Assembly: GCA_046757525.1 (NCBI GenBank)
Contig: JBHHYI010000062.1
Location: forward strand, 1-22,695
Direction: 5' to 3'
DNA: 22,695 nt
Origin: a bacterium
Lineage (GTDB): Bacteria; Zhuqueibacterota; Zhuqueibacteria; Oceanimicrobiales; Oceanimicrobiaceae
The notes under the pieces were generated by a model. The model made no database searches. It was not told where the DNA came from and saw only the letters and a program-made list of their open reading frames with translations. Every line of letters starts with the position of its first letter. Within the stretch, counting starts at the first letter, position 1. Positions 1-7,234 of this stretch are shown one piece after another. The position numbers and the translations under genes are program-made.

Positions 1-43
1 CTCGATACGGTCGCTTGAGAAGCAGCGACCTACTCGGGATGAC
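1..43. repeat. REP-like palindromic element, probably truncated by the window start
   Basis: GGTCGCT (9-15) and AGCGACC (24-30) form a 7-bp stem, flanked by CTCGATAC...TACTCG and ending in GGATGAC; no ORF here. Confidence 0.45.
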
Positions 44-90
44 TCGCACAGTGCTTTCAGGAAATGCCTCGCTGTCTCCGTCCTTTATCA

Positions 91-180
91 CAGCCTCAGG
101 TTGTCATTCAGGAGGAATCCTGTTGGCTGGCTGCACAGTGCTGACCAGTAACAAGATGCCTCCTGCATGAACAAGGGCTG
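91..180. repeat. Long imperfect inverted repeat (REP/MITE-like stem-loop)
   Basis: TTGTCATTCAGGAGGAATCCTGTT (101-124) pairs with AACAAGATGCCTCCTGCATGAACAA (150-174) with 3 mismatches and 1 bulge. Outer CAGCC/GGCTG and inner GCTGG/CCAGT pairs extend the stem. Confidence 0.65.
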
Positions 181-379
181 CCTTTGGCGTTTCGGACGTT
201 TAAAGCAAGAATTCTTTTGTTGTGGAGGCTTTTAGGGAACCGTCGCTATGGTGTTCTTTCCCTAAATTGAGCCTCCCCGCCTCTCGAACCGTGTTACCAG
301 CAGGCAAGAGCTCGTTGGCACGCTTTGAATTTATTTAACTTATTGCTGCTTCTGCAACGCTCTCAAGACCTGAGCATCG

Positions 380-395
380 TGGTACGGTGGTTGCA
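380..395 (+). promoter_or_regulatory. Sigma-54 (-24/-12) promoter of the enhancer-binding protein gene
   Basis: TGGTACG-GTGG-TTGCA; GG (381-382) and GC (393-394) at the canonical spacing, about 70 nt upstream of ATG 467. Confidence 0.7.
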
Positions 396-466
396 TCTGA
401 GTTGAAATTGCGTAATTCCAACTCTCAATAACCAATTCCTCCGTTAACCAGCTTTCGAGGTGCACC

Positions 467-1849
467 ATGAAGCAGCCAAAACAGCGTGTGTTGATTATCG
501 ATGATGATTCCTCTATTTGCGGCATGTTGCGAAAGTTATTTGTGCGAGAGAATTGGTCGGTGAAAACCTGGAACGATCCCGTTGATGCCATCAAATGGGT
601 TCGAGAGAACAGGATAGACCTGGTCTTCCTGGACGTGAAGATGGCACAAATGGACGGAATGCAGGTTCTGGAAAGAATAAAGAGGATCGATCGCCGCATC
701 GAAGTGATCATGATGACAGGCTTTGCCACCATCCAGGCGGCAGTAATTTCCATTAAGAAAGGGGCTTACGATTTTATCACCAAGCCATTCGACGACCTGA
801 ACAAAATCGTGCTGCTGGCCAGAGAGGCCATTCAAAAAAAGCAGGAGCACGAAAGAGAGTCCCCTCCGACGCCAGCTTCAGCAAAAAGTCAGACGCCGGA
901 GCGATTGTTGGGGCACAGTCTCAAGATACAGAACGTGCGGCGACTCGTCGACAAAATAGCTGATTTAGACAGTACGGTGCTGATTACTGGCAAGAGTGGT
1001 ACCGGCAAAGAGCTGGTGGCCAAATCAATCCACGAAAAAAGTCGCCGGAGAAACAAGGGATTTGTAGCTTTAAATACGTGTGCCCTGCCAAATGAGCTCA
1101 TCGAGAGTACCTTGTTCGGCTACGAAAAGGGAGCTTTTACTGGCGCTTACAAGACCAGTGTGGGCCTCTTCGAGGAGGTCCGTGGGGGTACGGTTTTTTT
1201 GGACGAAATCGGGGACACCAGCCCTTCTTTTCAAGCAAAGCTGCTGAGAATCTTGCAGGAGAAGGAGTTTCAGCGGGTTGGCGGGACAAGAACCCTGAAG
1301 TCAGGTGTGCGCATCATTGCTGCCACCAACAAAGATCTAATTGATGAAGTCAATCACGGCAAGTTCCGTGAAGATTTGTTTTACCGACTCAATGTCATTC
1401 ACATTACGCTGCCACCACTGATTGACATGCGTGAGGATATTCCGCTCCTGGCTCAAGAATTCTTGCAGGATTTGTGCCGGAGACATGCAAAGGGAAGCTT
1501 CAGTTTTGCGCCAGAGGTAGTCGAACGCCTCGGCCAATATTCCTGGCCGGGCAACGTGAGGGAGTTAAAGAATGCCATTGAATACGCCGTTGGCGTCTGT
1601 GAAGGGAATGTCATCCGGTTGCACCACCTACCAGAACATCTCCAAAGCGCCGAGTGGCCCAAGCTGCCGTACCCCAGGCAAAAAATCGACTCGCTGCTTT
1701 ACGACACAGAGAAGCAGTTGATCCAGGCAGCCCTGCAATCGACCAATGGCAATGTAACCCAGGCCGCAAAGCTCTCCGGCCTTTCCAGGCAGAATTTTTA
1801 CTATCGATTAAAAAAATTTGCTCAAGATCCAGCAGATTTCAAGAATTAG
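467..1849 (+). CDS. NtrC/PilR-family sigma-54-dependent response regulator (REC-AAA+-Fis HTH)
   Basis: REC with IIDDD, FLDVKM (phospho-Asp), MTG and KPF; Walker A GKSGTGKE; intact GAFTGA; Walker B VFLDEIGD; FREDLFYRLNV; C-terminal HTH GNVTQAAKLSGLSRQNFYYRLKK; GAGGT RBS. Confidence 0.96.
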   Translation: MKQPKQRVLIIDDDSSICGMLRKLFVRENWSVKTWNDPVDAIKWVRENRIDLVFLDVKMAQMDGMQVLERIKRIDRRIEVIMMTGFATIQAAVISIKKGAYDFITKPFDDLNKIVLLAREAIQKKQEHERESPPTPASAKSQTPERLLGHSLKIQNVRRLVDKIADLDSTVLITGKSGTGKELVAKSIHEKSRRRNKGFVALNTCALPNELIESTLFGYEKGAFTGAYKTSVGLFEEVRGGTVFLDEIGDTSPSFQAKLLRILQEKEFQRVGGTRTLKSGVRIIAATNKDLIDEVNHGKFREDLFYRLNVIHITLPPLIDMREDIPLLAQEFLQDLCRRHAKGSFSFAPEVVERLGQYSWPGNVRELKNAIEYAVGVCEGNVIRLHHLPEHLQSAEWPKLPYPRQKIDSLLYDTEKQLIQAALQSTNGNVTQAAKLSGLSRQNFYYRLKKFAQDPADFKN

Positions 1850-1850
1850 G

Positions 1851-1885
1851 TGTCAGGATTTTTGACAGTGAAAAAAAATGTTACA
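1851..1885. promoter_or_regulatory. Putative upstream activating sequence(s) for the pil operon promoter
   Basis: Palindrome TGTCA-N7-TGACA (1851-1867, TGT-N11-ACA form), followed by a degenerate copy TGA-N11-ACA (1869-1885), about 170-190 bp upstream of the -24 element. Confidence 0.55.
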
Positions 1886-1970
1886 AATAGCCCCTTTTTG
1901 AAAACATTGAAGTTAGCCGTCCGGTACTCAATTTGTTGACGTTTTGGTGAAAGCGCCCCCACTGCGAGAA

Positions 1971-1983
1971 CAATAGGGTGATT
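1971..1983 (-). promoter_or_regulatory. Putative IHF binding site
   Basis: Minus strand AATCACCCTATTG, one mismatch to WATCARN4TTR, between the UAS and the promoter. A second one-mismatch site ACTCAATTTGTTG lies at 1926-1938. Confidence 0.4.
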
Positions 1984-1998
1984 AATTAAGCCTTTTAG

Positions 1999-2037
1999 AA
2001 ATAGGCACTTAGGTTTTTTTGAGTGCCTATTTTTTTT
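1999..2037 (+). terminator. Intrinsic terminator-like hairpin downstream of the regulator gene
   Basis: Perfect 11-bp stem AAATAGGCACT (1999-2009) / AGTGCCTATTT (2022-2032), running into a T8 tract (2030-2037). Confidence 0.7.
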
Positions 2038-2038
2038 A

Positions 2039-2054
2039 TGGCAGGTGGTTTGCA
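2039..2054 (+). promoter_or_regulatory. Sigma-54 promoter of the type IV pilus operon
   Basis: TGGCAGG-TGGT-TTGCA with canonical GG/GC spacing; predicted start near 2065, just before ATG 2080. Confidence 0.8.
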
Positions 2055-2079
2055 AAAGAAGGTAACAATAATCGCATAA

Positions 2080-3666
2080 ATGCAAATCATGCAGCCTAAC
2101 AACATAATACACAAGCTCGTAGAACAGGACGGCATCGAATCGGTGGACCTGAGTCAGGTGGGTGAGATCAATCCTGACATTCTCAATCTGATTCCGGAAC
2201 ACATCGCCATTAAGTACAAACTGATTCCCTTTTCCCGTGAGGGGGATTCGATTGCCATCACCATGGCCAATCCTTACGATATCGTTGCTCAAAACGCGGT
2301 CAGGGCCAAAACGAGTTTGAAGCCCAGATGCTACTTTACTTCTGAAGATCAGTTGGAGGAGTGGATCAGCAAACTATACTACCAAAACGAAACTCTCATC
2401 GAAGAGATTGAAGATGCCATGGAAGTCGGCATTGAGGTGGAGGAGGAGGCTCAGGAAGAGGTTAGCCTGGAGGTACTTAAGGTCAAGGCACAGGATGCCC
2501 CGGCCATTCGTTATGTCAACTACATTCTTCTCAAGGCCATCCAGGAACGGGCAAGCGACATTCACATTGAACCCCAGGAGGCAGATTTGCGCATCCGTTT
2601 TAGAATCGATGGCGCCTTGCGTCAAATCGCCTCCCCACCCAAGAAGTTGCAGTCGGGAATCATTTCCAGAATCAAGATTTTAGCCTCTTTGGACATTGCC
2701 GAACGCCGGATCCCCCAGGACGGCCGTTGCAAGGTGCGGCTGTTAGGCAGAAGCGTTGATTTTCGAATCTCTACCTTGCCAACCATTTACGGCGAAAAAT
2801 TGGTCCTGCGTATTTTGGATAAAGCCAGCCATTCTCTAAGTATTCAAGATATTGGCTTTGATCAGGCTATGCTCGAAAGATTCAAGCAAGTCCTCAAGGA
2901 ACCCCACGGCATCATTCTGGTCACCGGTCCTACGGGCAGCGGAAAGACGACCACGCTATATTCTGCCCTGAGTTTCATCAATAGCGAAGAGAAAAACATC
3001 ATTACCATTGAAGACCCCATTGAATACCGCCTCAAGGGCATTAACCAAATTCAAGCCAGAGCGCAGGTGGGATTGACCTTTGCGGCCGGGTTGCGGTCCA
3101 TTTTGCGACAAGACCCGGACGTGGTCATGGTTGGTGAGATTCGCGATTTAGAGACCGCTGAAATTGCCATCCGCGCTGCCCTGACCGGCCATCTGGTGTT
3201 CAGCACGCTGCACACCAATAGCAGCATCGCTACGATCATGCGACTCGTCGACATGGGGATTGACAAGTACTTGATCTGTTCCTCCATCTTGCTCATTGTT
3301 GCCCAACGGTTGGTGAGAAGAATCTGTCTGCATTGCGCGGAAGCCTACAACCTTGATGCGGCTATGGTGCACCGAATCGAAGATGAAGTGCGGCACTTGA
3401 AGATTAGAAATTTCCGGCGGGGTCGAGGTTGCAAGCGTTGCGGCGGCACGGGTTACTGGGGTAGAGTGGCGGTTTACGAGTTTTTGTTTCTCAACAATGC
3501 CTTGCGAGAACTGATTCTGCAATCGGCCAGCCTGAACCAAATAGCGCAGAAGGCAAAAGAGCTTGGCATGGAGACTCTCTGGACGAACGGGCTAAAAATG
3601 GTGTGCACCGGAATCACTACGATTGAAGAAATACTAAAAGTAACCCCGACCAGTGATTCATTTTAA
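2080..3666 (+). CDS. pilB: Type IV pilus/T2SS assembly ATPase, PilB/GspE family
   Basis: ASDIHIEP, LDIAERRIPQDG, Walker A GPTGSGKTT, TIEDPIEY, LRQDPDVVMVGEIRD, His box GHLVFSTLHTN, tetracysteine CLHC...CKRC. Confidence 0.95.
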   Translation: MQIMQPNNIIHKLVEQDGIESVDLSQVGEINPDILNLIPEHIAIKYKLIPFSREGDSIAITMANPYDIVAQNAVRAKTSLKPRCYFTSEDQLEEWISKLYYQNETLIEEIEDAMEVGIEVEEEAQEEVSLEVLKVKAQDAPAIRYVNYILLKAIQERASDIHIEPQEADLRIRFRIDGALRQIASPPKKLQSGIISRIKILASLDIAERRIPQDGRCKVRLLGRSVDFRISTLPTIYGEKLVLRILDKASHSLSIQDIGFDQAMLERFKQVLKEPHGIILVTGPTGSGKTTTLYSALSFINSEEKNIITIEDPIEYRLKGINQIQARAQVGLTFAAGLRSILRQDPDVVMVGEIRDLETAEIAIRAALTGHLVFSTLHTNSSIATIMRLVDMGIDKYLICSSILLIVAQRLVRRICLHCAEAYNLDAAMVHRIEDEVRHLKIRNFRRGRGCKRCGGTGYWGRVAVYEFLFLNNALRELILQSASLNQIAQKAKELGMETLWTNGLKMVCTGITTIEEILKVTPTSDSF

Positions 3667-4705
3667 AAAAAGAATCAAATCGGAAGAAATCTATGCGTTT
3701 GCAGAGCAGATGTCTACTTTGTTGGACGCGGGCGTCCCCGTGCTTTCGTGCTTGAATCTAATGGCGCAACAGAGCGAGGATAGCGAATTTAAGCGGGTCC
3801 TGGAGAGAATAGTCAAAGATGTCAATGCCGGTGTTACGTTGTCCATAGCCTTTGCCAAATTTCCCGACATTTTTTCCAGTCTATTCCTGGCAATGGTGCG
3901 GATGGCTGAAGAAGTTGGTAACCTGGCGCAGGTTCTGAACCAGCTCTCCATTTACTTGAAAGAACAGGACCAACTGAAAAAGAAGATCAAGGCGGCGATC
4001 ACTTACCCGCGCTTTGTGCTTGGATTTTTCTTGCTGGTGTTGCTGGCCATCATATTCGGATTGATTCCCAAATTCAAGGAAATTTTCGAGAGTTTTGACG
4101 CAGAGCTGCCCGTTCCAACGCAAATGCTCTTGAATGTGAGCAATTTCGCGAAAGATCATTTGTTCGCCGAGTTGCTGCTATTGGCCGGCGTGGTTTTTCT
4201 GTTTAAACAATATCAAAAGTCGCCGTCAGGGAGGTACTTCCTCGACAGGATGAAATTGAGTCTTCCTGTGGTGGGGGAGTTGTTCTCCAAATCTGCGCTT
4301 GCCAAGTTTTGTCGCACCTTAAGCGTCTTATTACAGAGTGGCGTCTCATTTGTGGAATCCCTCGAAATTGCGGGTGACACCACGCAGAACGTGCTGTTTC
4401 AAGATGCCTTGCGCGAGGTCAAACAAGGGATCATTGAGGGCACCTCGCTCAAGCAACAATTAAGCAAATATCCGGTCTTCCCTCCGCTCATGGTTAAGAT
4501 GGTGTCCGTTGGTGAGGAATCGGGCTCTTTGGACAAAATGCTCAGCAAAATCTCGGAGATGTACGATGCGCACGTGGATTCAAAAATTTCTGGTCTGTCT
4601 TCGATTATTGAACCCGCCCTAATGATTGGCTTGGGCGCCGTGGCCCTGGTGGTCATTATCGCGTTGTACCTGCCTATTTTCAAGATGAGCACTGTCATAC
4701 ATTGA
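3653..4705 (+). CDS. pilC: Inner-membrane platform protein, PilC/GspF family
   Basis: Two T2SSF repeats (STLLDAGVP..., SVLLQSGVS...), AITYP, GEESGSLD, IEP, LYLPIF; GTG start overlapping the pilB end. Confidence 0.93.
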   Translation: MIHFKKRIKSEEIYAFAEQMSTLLDAGVPVLSCLNLMAQQSEDSEFKRVLERIVKDVNAGVTLSIAFAKFPDIFSSLFLAMVRMAEEVGNLAQVLNQLSIYLKEQDQLKKKIKAAITYPRFVLGFFLLVLLAIIFGLIPKFKEIFESFDAELPVPTQMLLNVSNFAKDHLFAELLLLAGVVFLFKQYQKSPSGRYFLDRMKLSLPVVGELFSKSALAKFCRTLSVLLQSGVSFVESLEIAGDTTQNVLFQDALREVKQGIIEGTSLKQQLSKYPVFPPLMVKMVSVGEESGSLDKMLSKISEMYDAHVDSKISGLSSIIEPALMIGLGAVALVVIIALYLPIFKMSTVIH

Positions 4706-4755
4706 GCGCAGTGGCTTAAATTAACGTTTTTTGCACCACAATGGAGGTATTTCTG

Positions 4756-5160
4756 ATGAAAACTTTAAGACAAGATCGCAGAGGGTTTACCCTGGTTGAA
4801 TTGATGATTGTCATCGTCATCGTGGGGGTGCTGGCTGCGGTAGCCGTGCCCATTTACCAGGCCAACGTGAAGAGGTCTAAAGCCAGCGAGGCCGATGCTG
4901 CATTGGGTACGATTCGTACGGCTTTGAGGGTGTACTACGCGGAAAACCAGTCCTATCCAACGGCGGGCACGGCCGTGGCCGTAACCAGTCTCAGCATCGA
5001 CATTCAGGCGGCAGATCTAAATGGCAAGTATTTTTCGGCCACAGATTATACGTACATCTCGGCCGATGGTATCAGCTACACCATCAAGGCAACGGGCTCC
5101 GGGGCTCAAGCGGGCATCAACCGTCAGATGGACCAGGCTGGAACCTTGTCCAGTTTCTAA
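4756..5160 (+). CDS. pilA: Major type IVa-like pilin (134-aa precursor, 124 aa mature, no cysteines)
   Basis: Leader MKTLRQDRRG|FTLVELMIVIVIVGVLAAVAVP with E5 and P22. The perfect GGAGGT RBS at 4743-4748 favours ATG 4756 over 4741. Confidence 0.9.
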   Translation: MKTLRQDRRGFTLVELMIVIVIVGVLAAVAVPIYQANVKRSKASEADAALGTIRTALRVYYAENQSYPTAGTAVAVTSLSIDIQAADLNGKYFSATDYTYISADGISYTIKATGSGAQAGINRQMDQAGTLSSF

Positions 5161-5169
5161 TAGGTACCA

Positions 5170-5718
5170 ATGCTCCCAATTGCTATAAACCGCAGAGACC
5201 GCACAGGAAGCAGAATTTTGCCTTCGGCTGGCCTCTGCGGTTCCTATTCACCGAGGTGGCGACGGAAACTATTTAGCCAACAGCACCCTTGGGCACCCCT
5301 CAAGAGTCAGCGCGGCATGACGCTGGTTGAGGTCATGGTTGCTATCCTGGTTTTCCTCATCATTATGGTTGGGGGACTGAATTATTTTGTCTTGCCGCAG
5401 ACCGTCATCGTGCGGCAGGAGGTGAAACGACTGGCTCTTTCCAACGCGTTGCAAAAAATGGAATCTCTGGCGGCCTTGAGTTTTGCCCAGCTCAATTCCA
5501 GCTTGAATGAATCCGGAACTTCTTTGACTTTAGGGTCCGTGTCGGCAAGTAGACAAACGACGATTACTGAAGTGGACGATCCGGCCGATGGCCAGGGGGT
5601 TTTCGATGGGGATGGTGATCTGGTGGATTACAAAAACGTAGTTGTGGAGATTTCCTGGAACGACGGCAACAGCCAGGTGATTACTCTAAGCACGGAGGTG
5701 AGCAAGTTTGGCAGGTAG
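5170..5718 (+). CDS. Minor pilin, PilV/GspI-like (start uncertain, long leader)
   Basis: SQRG|MTLVEVMVAILVFLIIMVGG class III signal with E5; C-terminal KNVVVEISW strand typical of PilV-like proteins; first of three minor pilins. Confidence 0.8.
   Translation: MLPIAINRRDRTGSRILPSAGLCGSYSPRWRRKLFSQQHPWAPLKSQRGMTLVEVMVAILVFLIIMVGGLNYFVLPQTVIVRQEVKRLALSNALQKMESLAALSFAQLNSSLNESGTSLTLGSVSASRQTTITEVDDPADGQGVFDGDGDLVDYKNVVVEISWNDGNSQVITLSTEVSKFGR
5188..5242. repeat. Stable hairpin just downstream of pilA
   Basis: AACCGCAGAG (5188-5197) / CTCTGCGGTT (5233-5242) perfect 10-bp stem, plus inner GAAG/CTTC and GCAGAA/TTTTGC pairing. Confidence 0.7.
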
Positions 5719-6235
5719 GAATGACAATGAGAAAGGTTCTTCGGTTTTCATGCAGCCAACGGGGTTCACCGTGGTGGAGCTGGCGATTGCCTTGATCACC
5801 AGCGCCATTGTCCTTATCGGCATTGCTATTATCGTTGCCGGTTCCTACAAATACCTGAGAGACGGCACCGCAAGAGTGCAGCTCCAGCAAGATTATTCGT
5901 TCATTGAGATGCTCCTTTCGACCAATCTGCAGCAAAGTACTTACGATTCCACCGAGGTTTACAATTCGTTTGCTGACTTCTTGACCGGGCAACCGCCACA
6001 GTCGTCGGGGAGCTGCATTAAAACCGCCGTGCCTTCACAAGGTTGGAACGTTTTTTACCGGGATAGCCTTGATTTCAAACTACTGACTTCAGATTCCTCG
6101 GCCGCGACGCTGGTGGCAGGCGTGGTGGCGAATTTGAGTTTTGTCAAACAGACCAATTCGGTAAGAACGGATTTGACCTTGAACCGTACTGGTTGGAGCG
6201 TTGGGGGTAGCCTGGTGGCTGCTTTCAGAAATTAG
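5708..6235 (+). CDS. Minor pilin, PilW/GspJ-like (start uncertain, possible frameshift in the leader)
   Basis: G|FTVVELAIALITSAIVLIGI with E5; located between the PilV-like and PilX-like genes; TTG 5708 is preceded by GGAGGTG. Confidence 0.78.
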   Translation: MAGRNDNEKGSSVFMQPTGFTVVELAIALITSAIVLIGIAIIVAGSYKYLRDGTARVQLQQDYSFIEMLLSTNLQQSTYDSTEVYNSFADFLTGQPPQSSGSCIKTAVPSQGWNVFYRDSLDFKLLTSDSSAATLVAGVVANLSFVKQTNSVRTDLTLNRTGWSVGGSLVAAFRN

Positions 6236-6244
6236 GTCAACAAC

Positions 6245-7225
6245 ATGAAAGTACCTTTAAAAAAGAGTCCATTGTTCGAGTCCCAGGCAGGCTACATCCT
6301 GGGCCTGGTGTTGGTGTTTTTTGTGATATTTACGATCTTAGGGCTTTCCTTCATACGCCTGGGCGGGTATGAACAACTGCAAGCTGTACAAGCTTTGAAC
6401 AAGGCCAATGCGTTTTACAACGCAGAAAGCGGCATTCAAAAAGGGTTGTGGTTGTTGAACCGTGTCTCTACCGGCCAGGCGTCTTACTCCGACGCAACGG
6501 TTACGGTGGTGTTTGATTCCGCAAACCAGACACTGACTGCGGTGGGCCAGTCCGGCAATGCCAGCAGTACCATTCAGGTTGCCGTCGACCAGGACAATCC
6601 TTTTCGACACATCATCTCTTATCAAGACAAATTGGAGTTGAATGAATCGCAGGTGACCCTTTCTTATGTTCCAGGGGCAGAACCCAAGCAAACCTTGCAT
6701 TTTCCGGTGCCAGACATGGCCTATTACCTCAGCATCGCCGACACGTTTATCGACCTGGGCGGCACCGGGGAGATTCACCTGCTGGGCGACACCCTTTACG
6801 GCATCATTTACGTCAACGGGAAAATACGGGTCCAAAACGGCACCGTCGTGTACGGCAGCCTGGTGGCAACCAACGACGTAAAATTCGATGGCCCCAGTGA
6901 AATTTACGCACAACAAGTGCCGGTGTCGAATCCGTATTACCCGGCTTATTTTCCCGCAGTGATCTCGGGCGATTCGGTACACGCTGAAATCACCGGCACC
7001 CCCGAACAGGTCATCCATGGTGCGGTCTATTCGGCCGGGGAGGCCGAAGAGCGGGGCGGCCTCTGGACCGGCCCGGTTGTCGCCGACGAAGTGGAGATCA
7101 AGAACAATTCCACGCTCACCGACCTGGGCAGTGCCATCTACTATGTGCATCCGCCAGGGTTTATTTATCCGGGCAATATCATGGGTGACACAACCATCAA
7201 GCCCGGTTCCTGGCAAAAACTGTAA
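6245..7225 (+). CDS. pilX: PilX/GspK-like minor pilin with a beta-rich C-terminal extension
   Basis: SQAG|YILGLVLVFFV lacks E5, as PilX/GspK do; PilX N-terminal motif AFYNAESG; Gly/Val/Ile-rich repeats in the C-terminal half. Confidence 0.78.
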   Translation: MKVPLKKSPLFESQAGYILGLVLVFFVIFTILGLSFIRLGGYEQLQAVQALNKANAFYNAESGIQKGLWLLNRVSTGQASYSDATVTVVFDSANQTLTAVGQSGNASSTIQVAVDQDNPFRHIISYQDKLELNESQVTLSYVPGAEPKQTLHFPVPDMAYYLSIADTFIDLGGTGEIHLLGDTLYGIIYVNGKIRVQNGTVVYGSLVATNDVKFDGPSEIYAQQVPVSNPYYPAYFPAVISGDSVHAEITGTPEQVIHGAVYSAGEAEERGGLWTGPVVADEVEIKNNSTLTDLGSAIYYVHPPGFIYPGNIMGDTTIKPGSWQKL

Positions 7226-7234
7226 GTCGTCGAG

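Noticed and set aside
316..331. TGGCACG as a further sigma-54 -24 box
   Set aside because: The -12 position reads AT rather than GC; the site at 380-395 fits properly.
1..466. Riboswitch (for example c-di-GMP) upstream of the regulator
   Set aside because: No recognisable conserved riboswitch motifs, and the hairpins lie upstream of the predicted promoter. An Rfam search was not possible.
340..753. 137-aa minus-strand ORF and other short ORFs overlapping the regulator and pil genes
   Set aside because: They overlap well-supported genes and have no domain signal.
1846..2292. 148-aa minus-strand ORF across the intergenic region
   Set aside because: Overlaps pilB and the regulatory elements; no recognisable motif.
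4706..4755. Dedicated sigma-54 promoter for pilA (TGGC...TTGC)
   Set aside because: GG and GC are offset by 20 nt rather than 12.
4786..5160. Geobacter-type conductive e-pilin
   Set aside because: Aromatics occur at mature positions 1, 24, 50, 51 and 57, but position 27 is Asn, the total is 11/124 (about 8.9%), there are 25-residue gaps, and no cytochrome genes are nearby.
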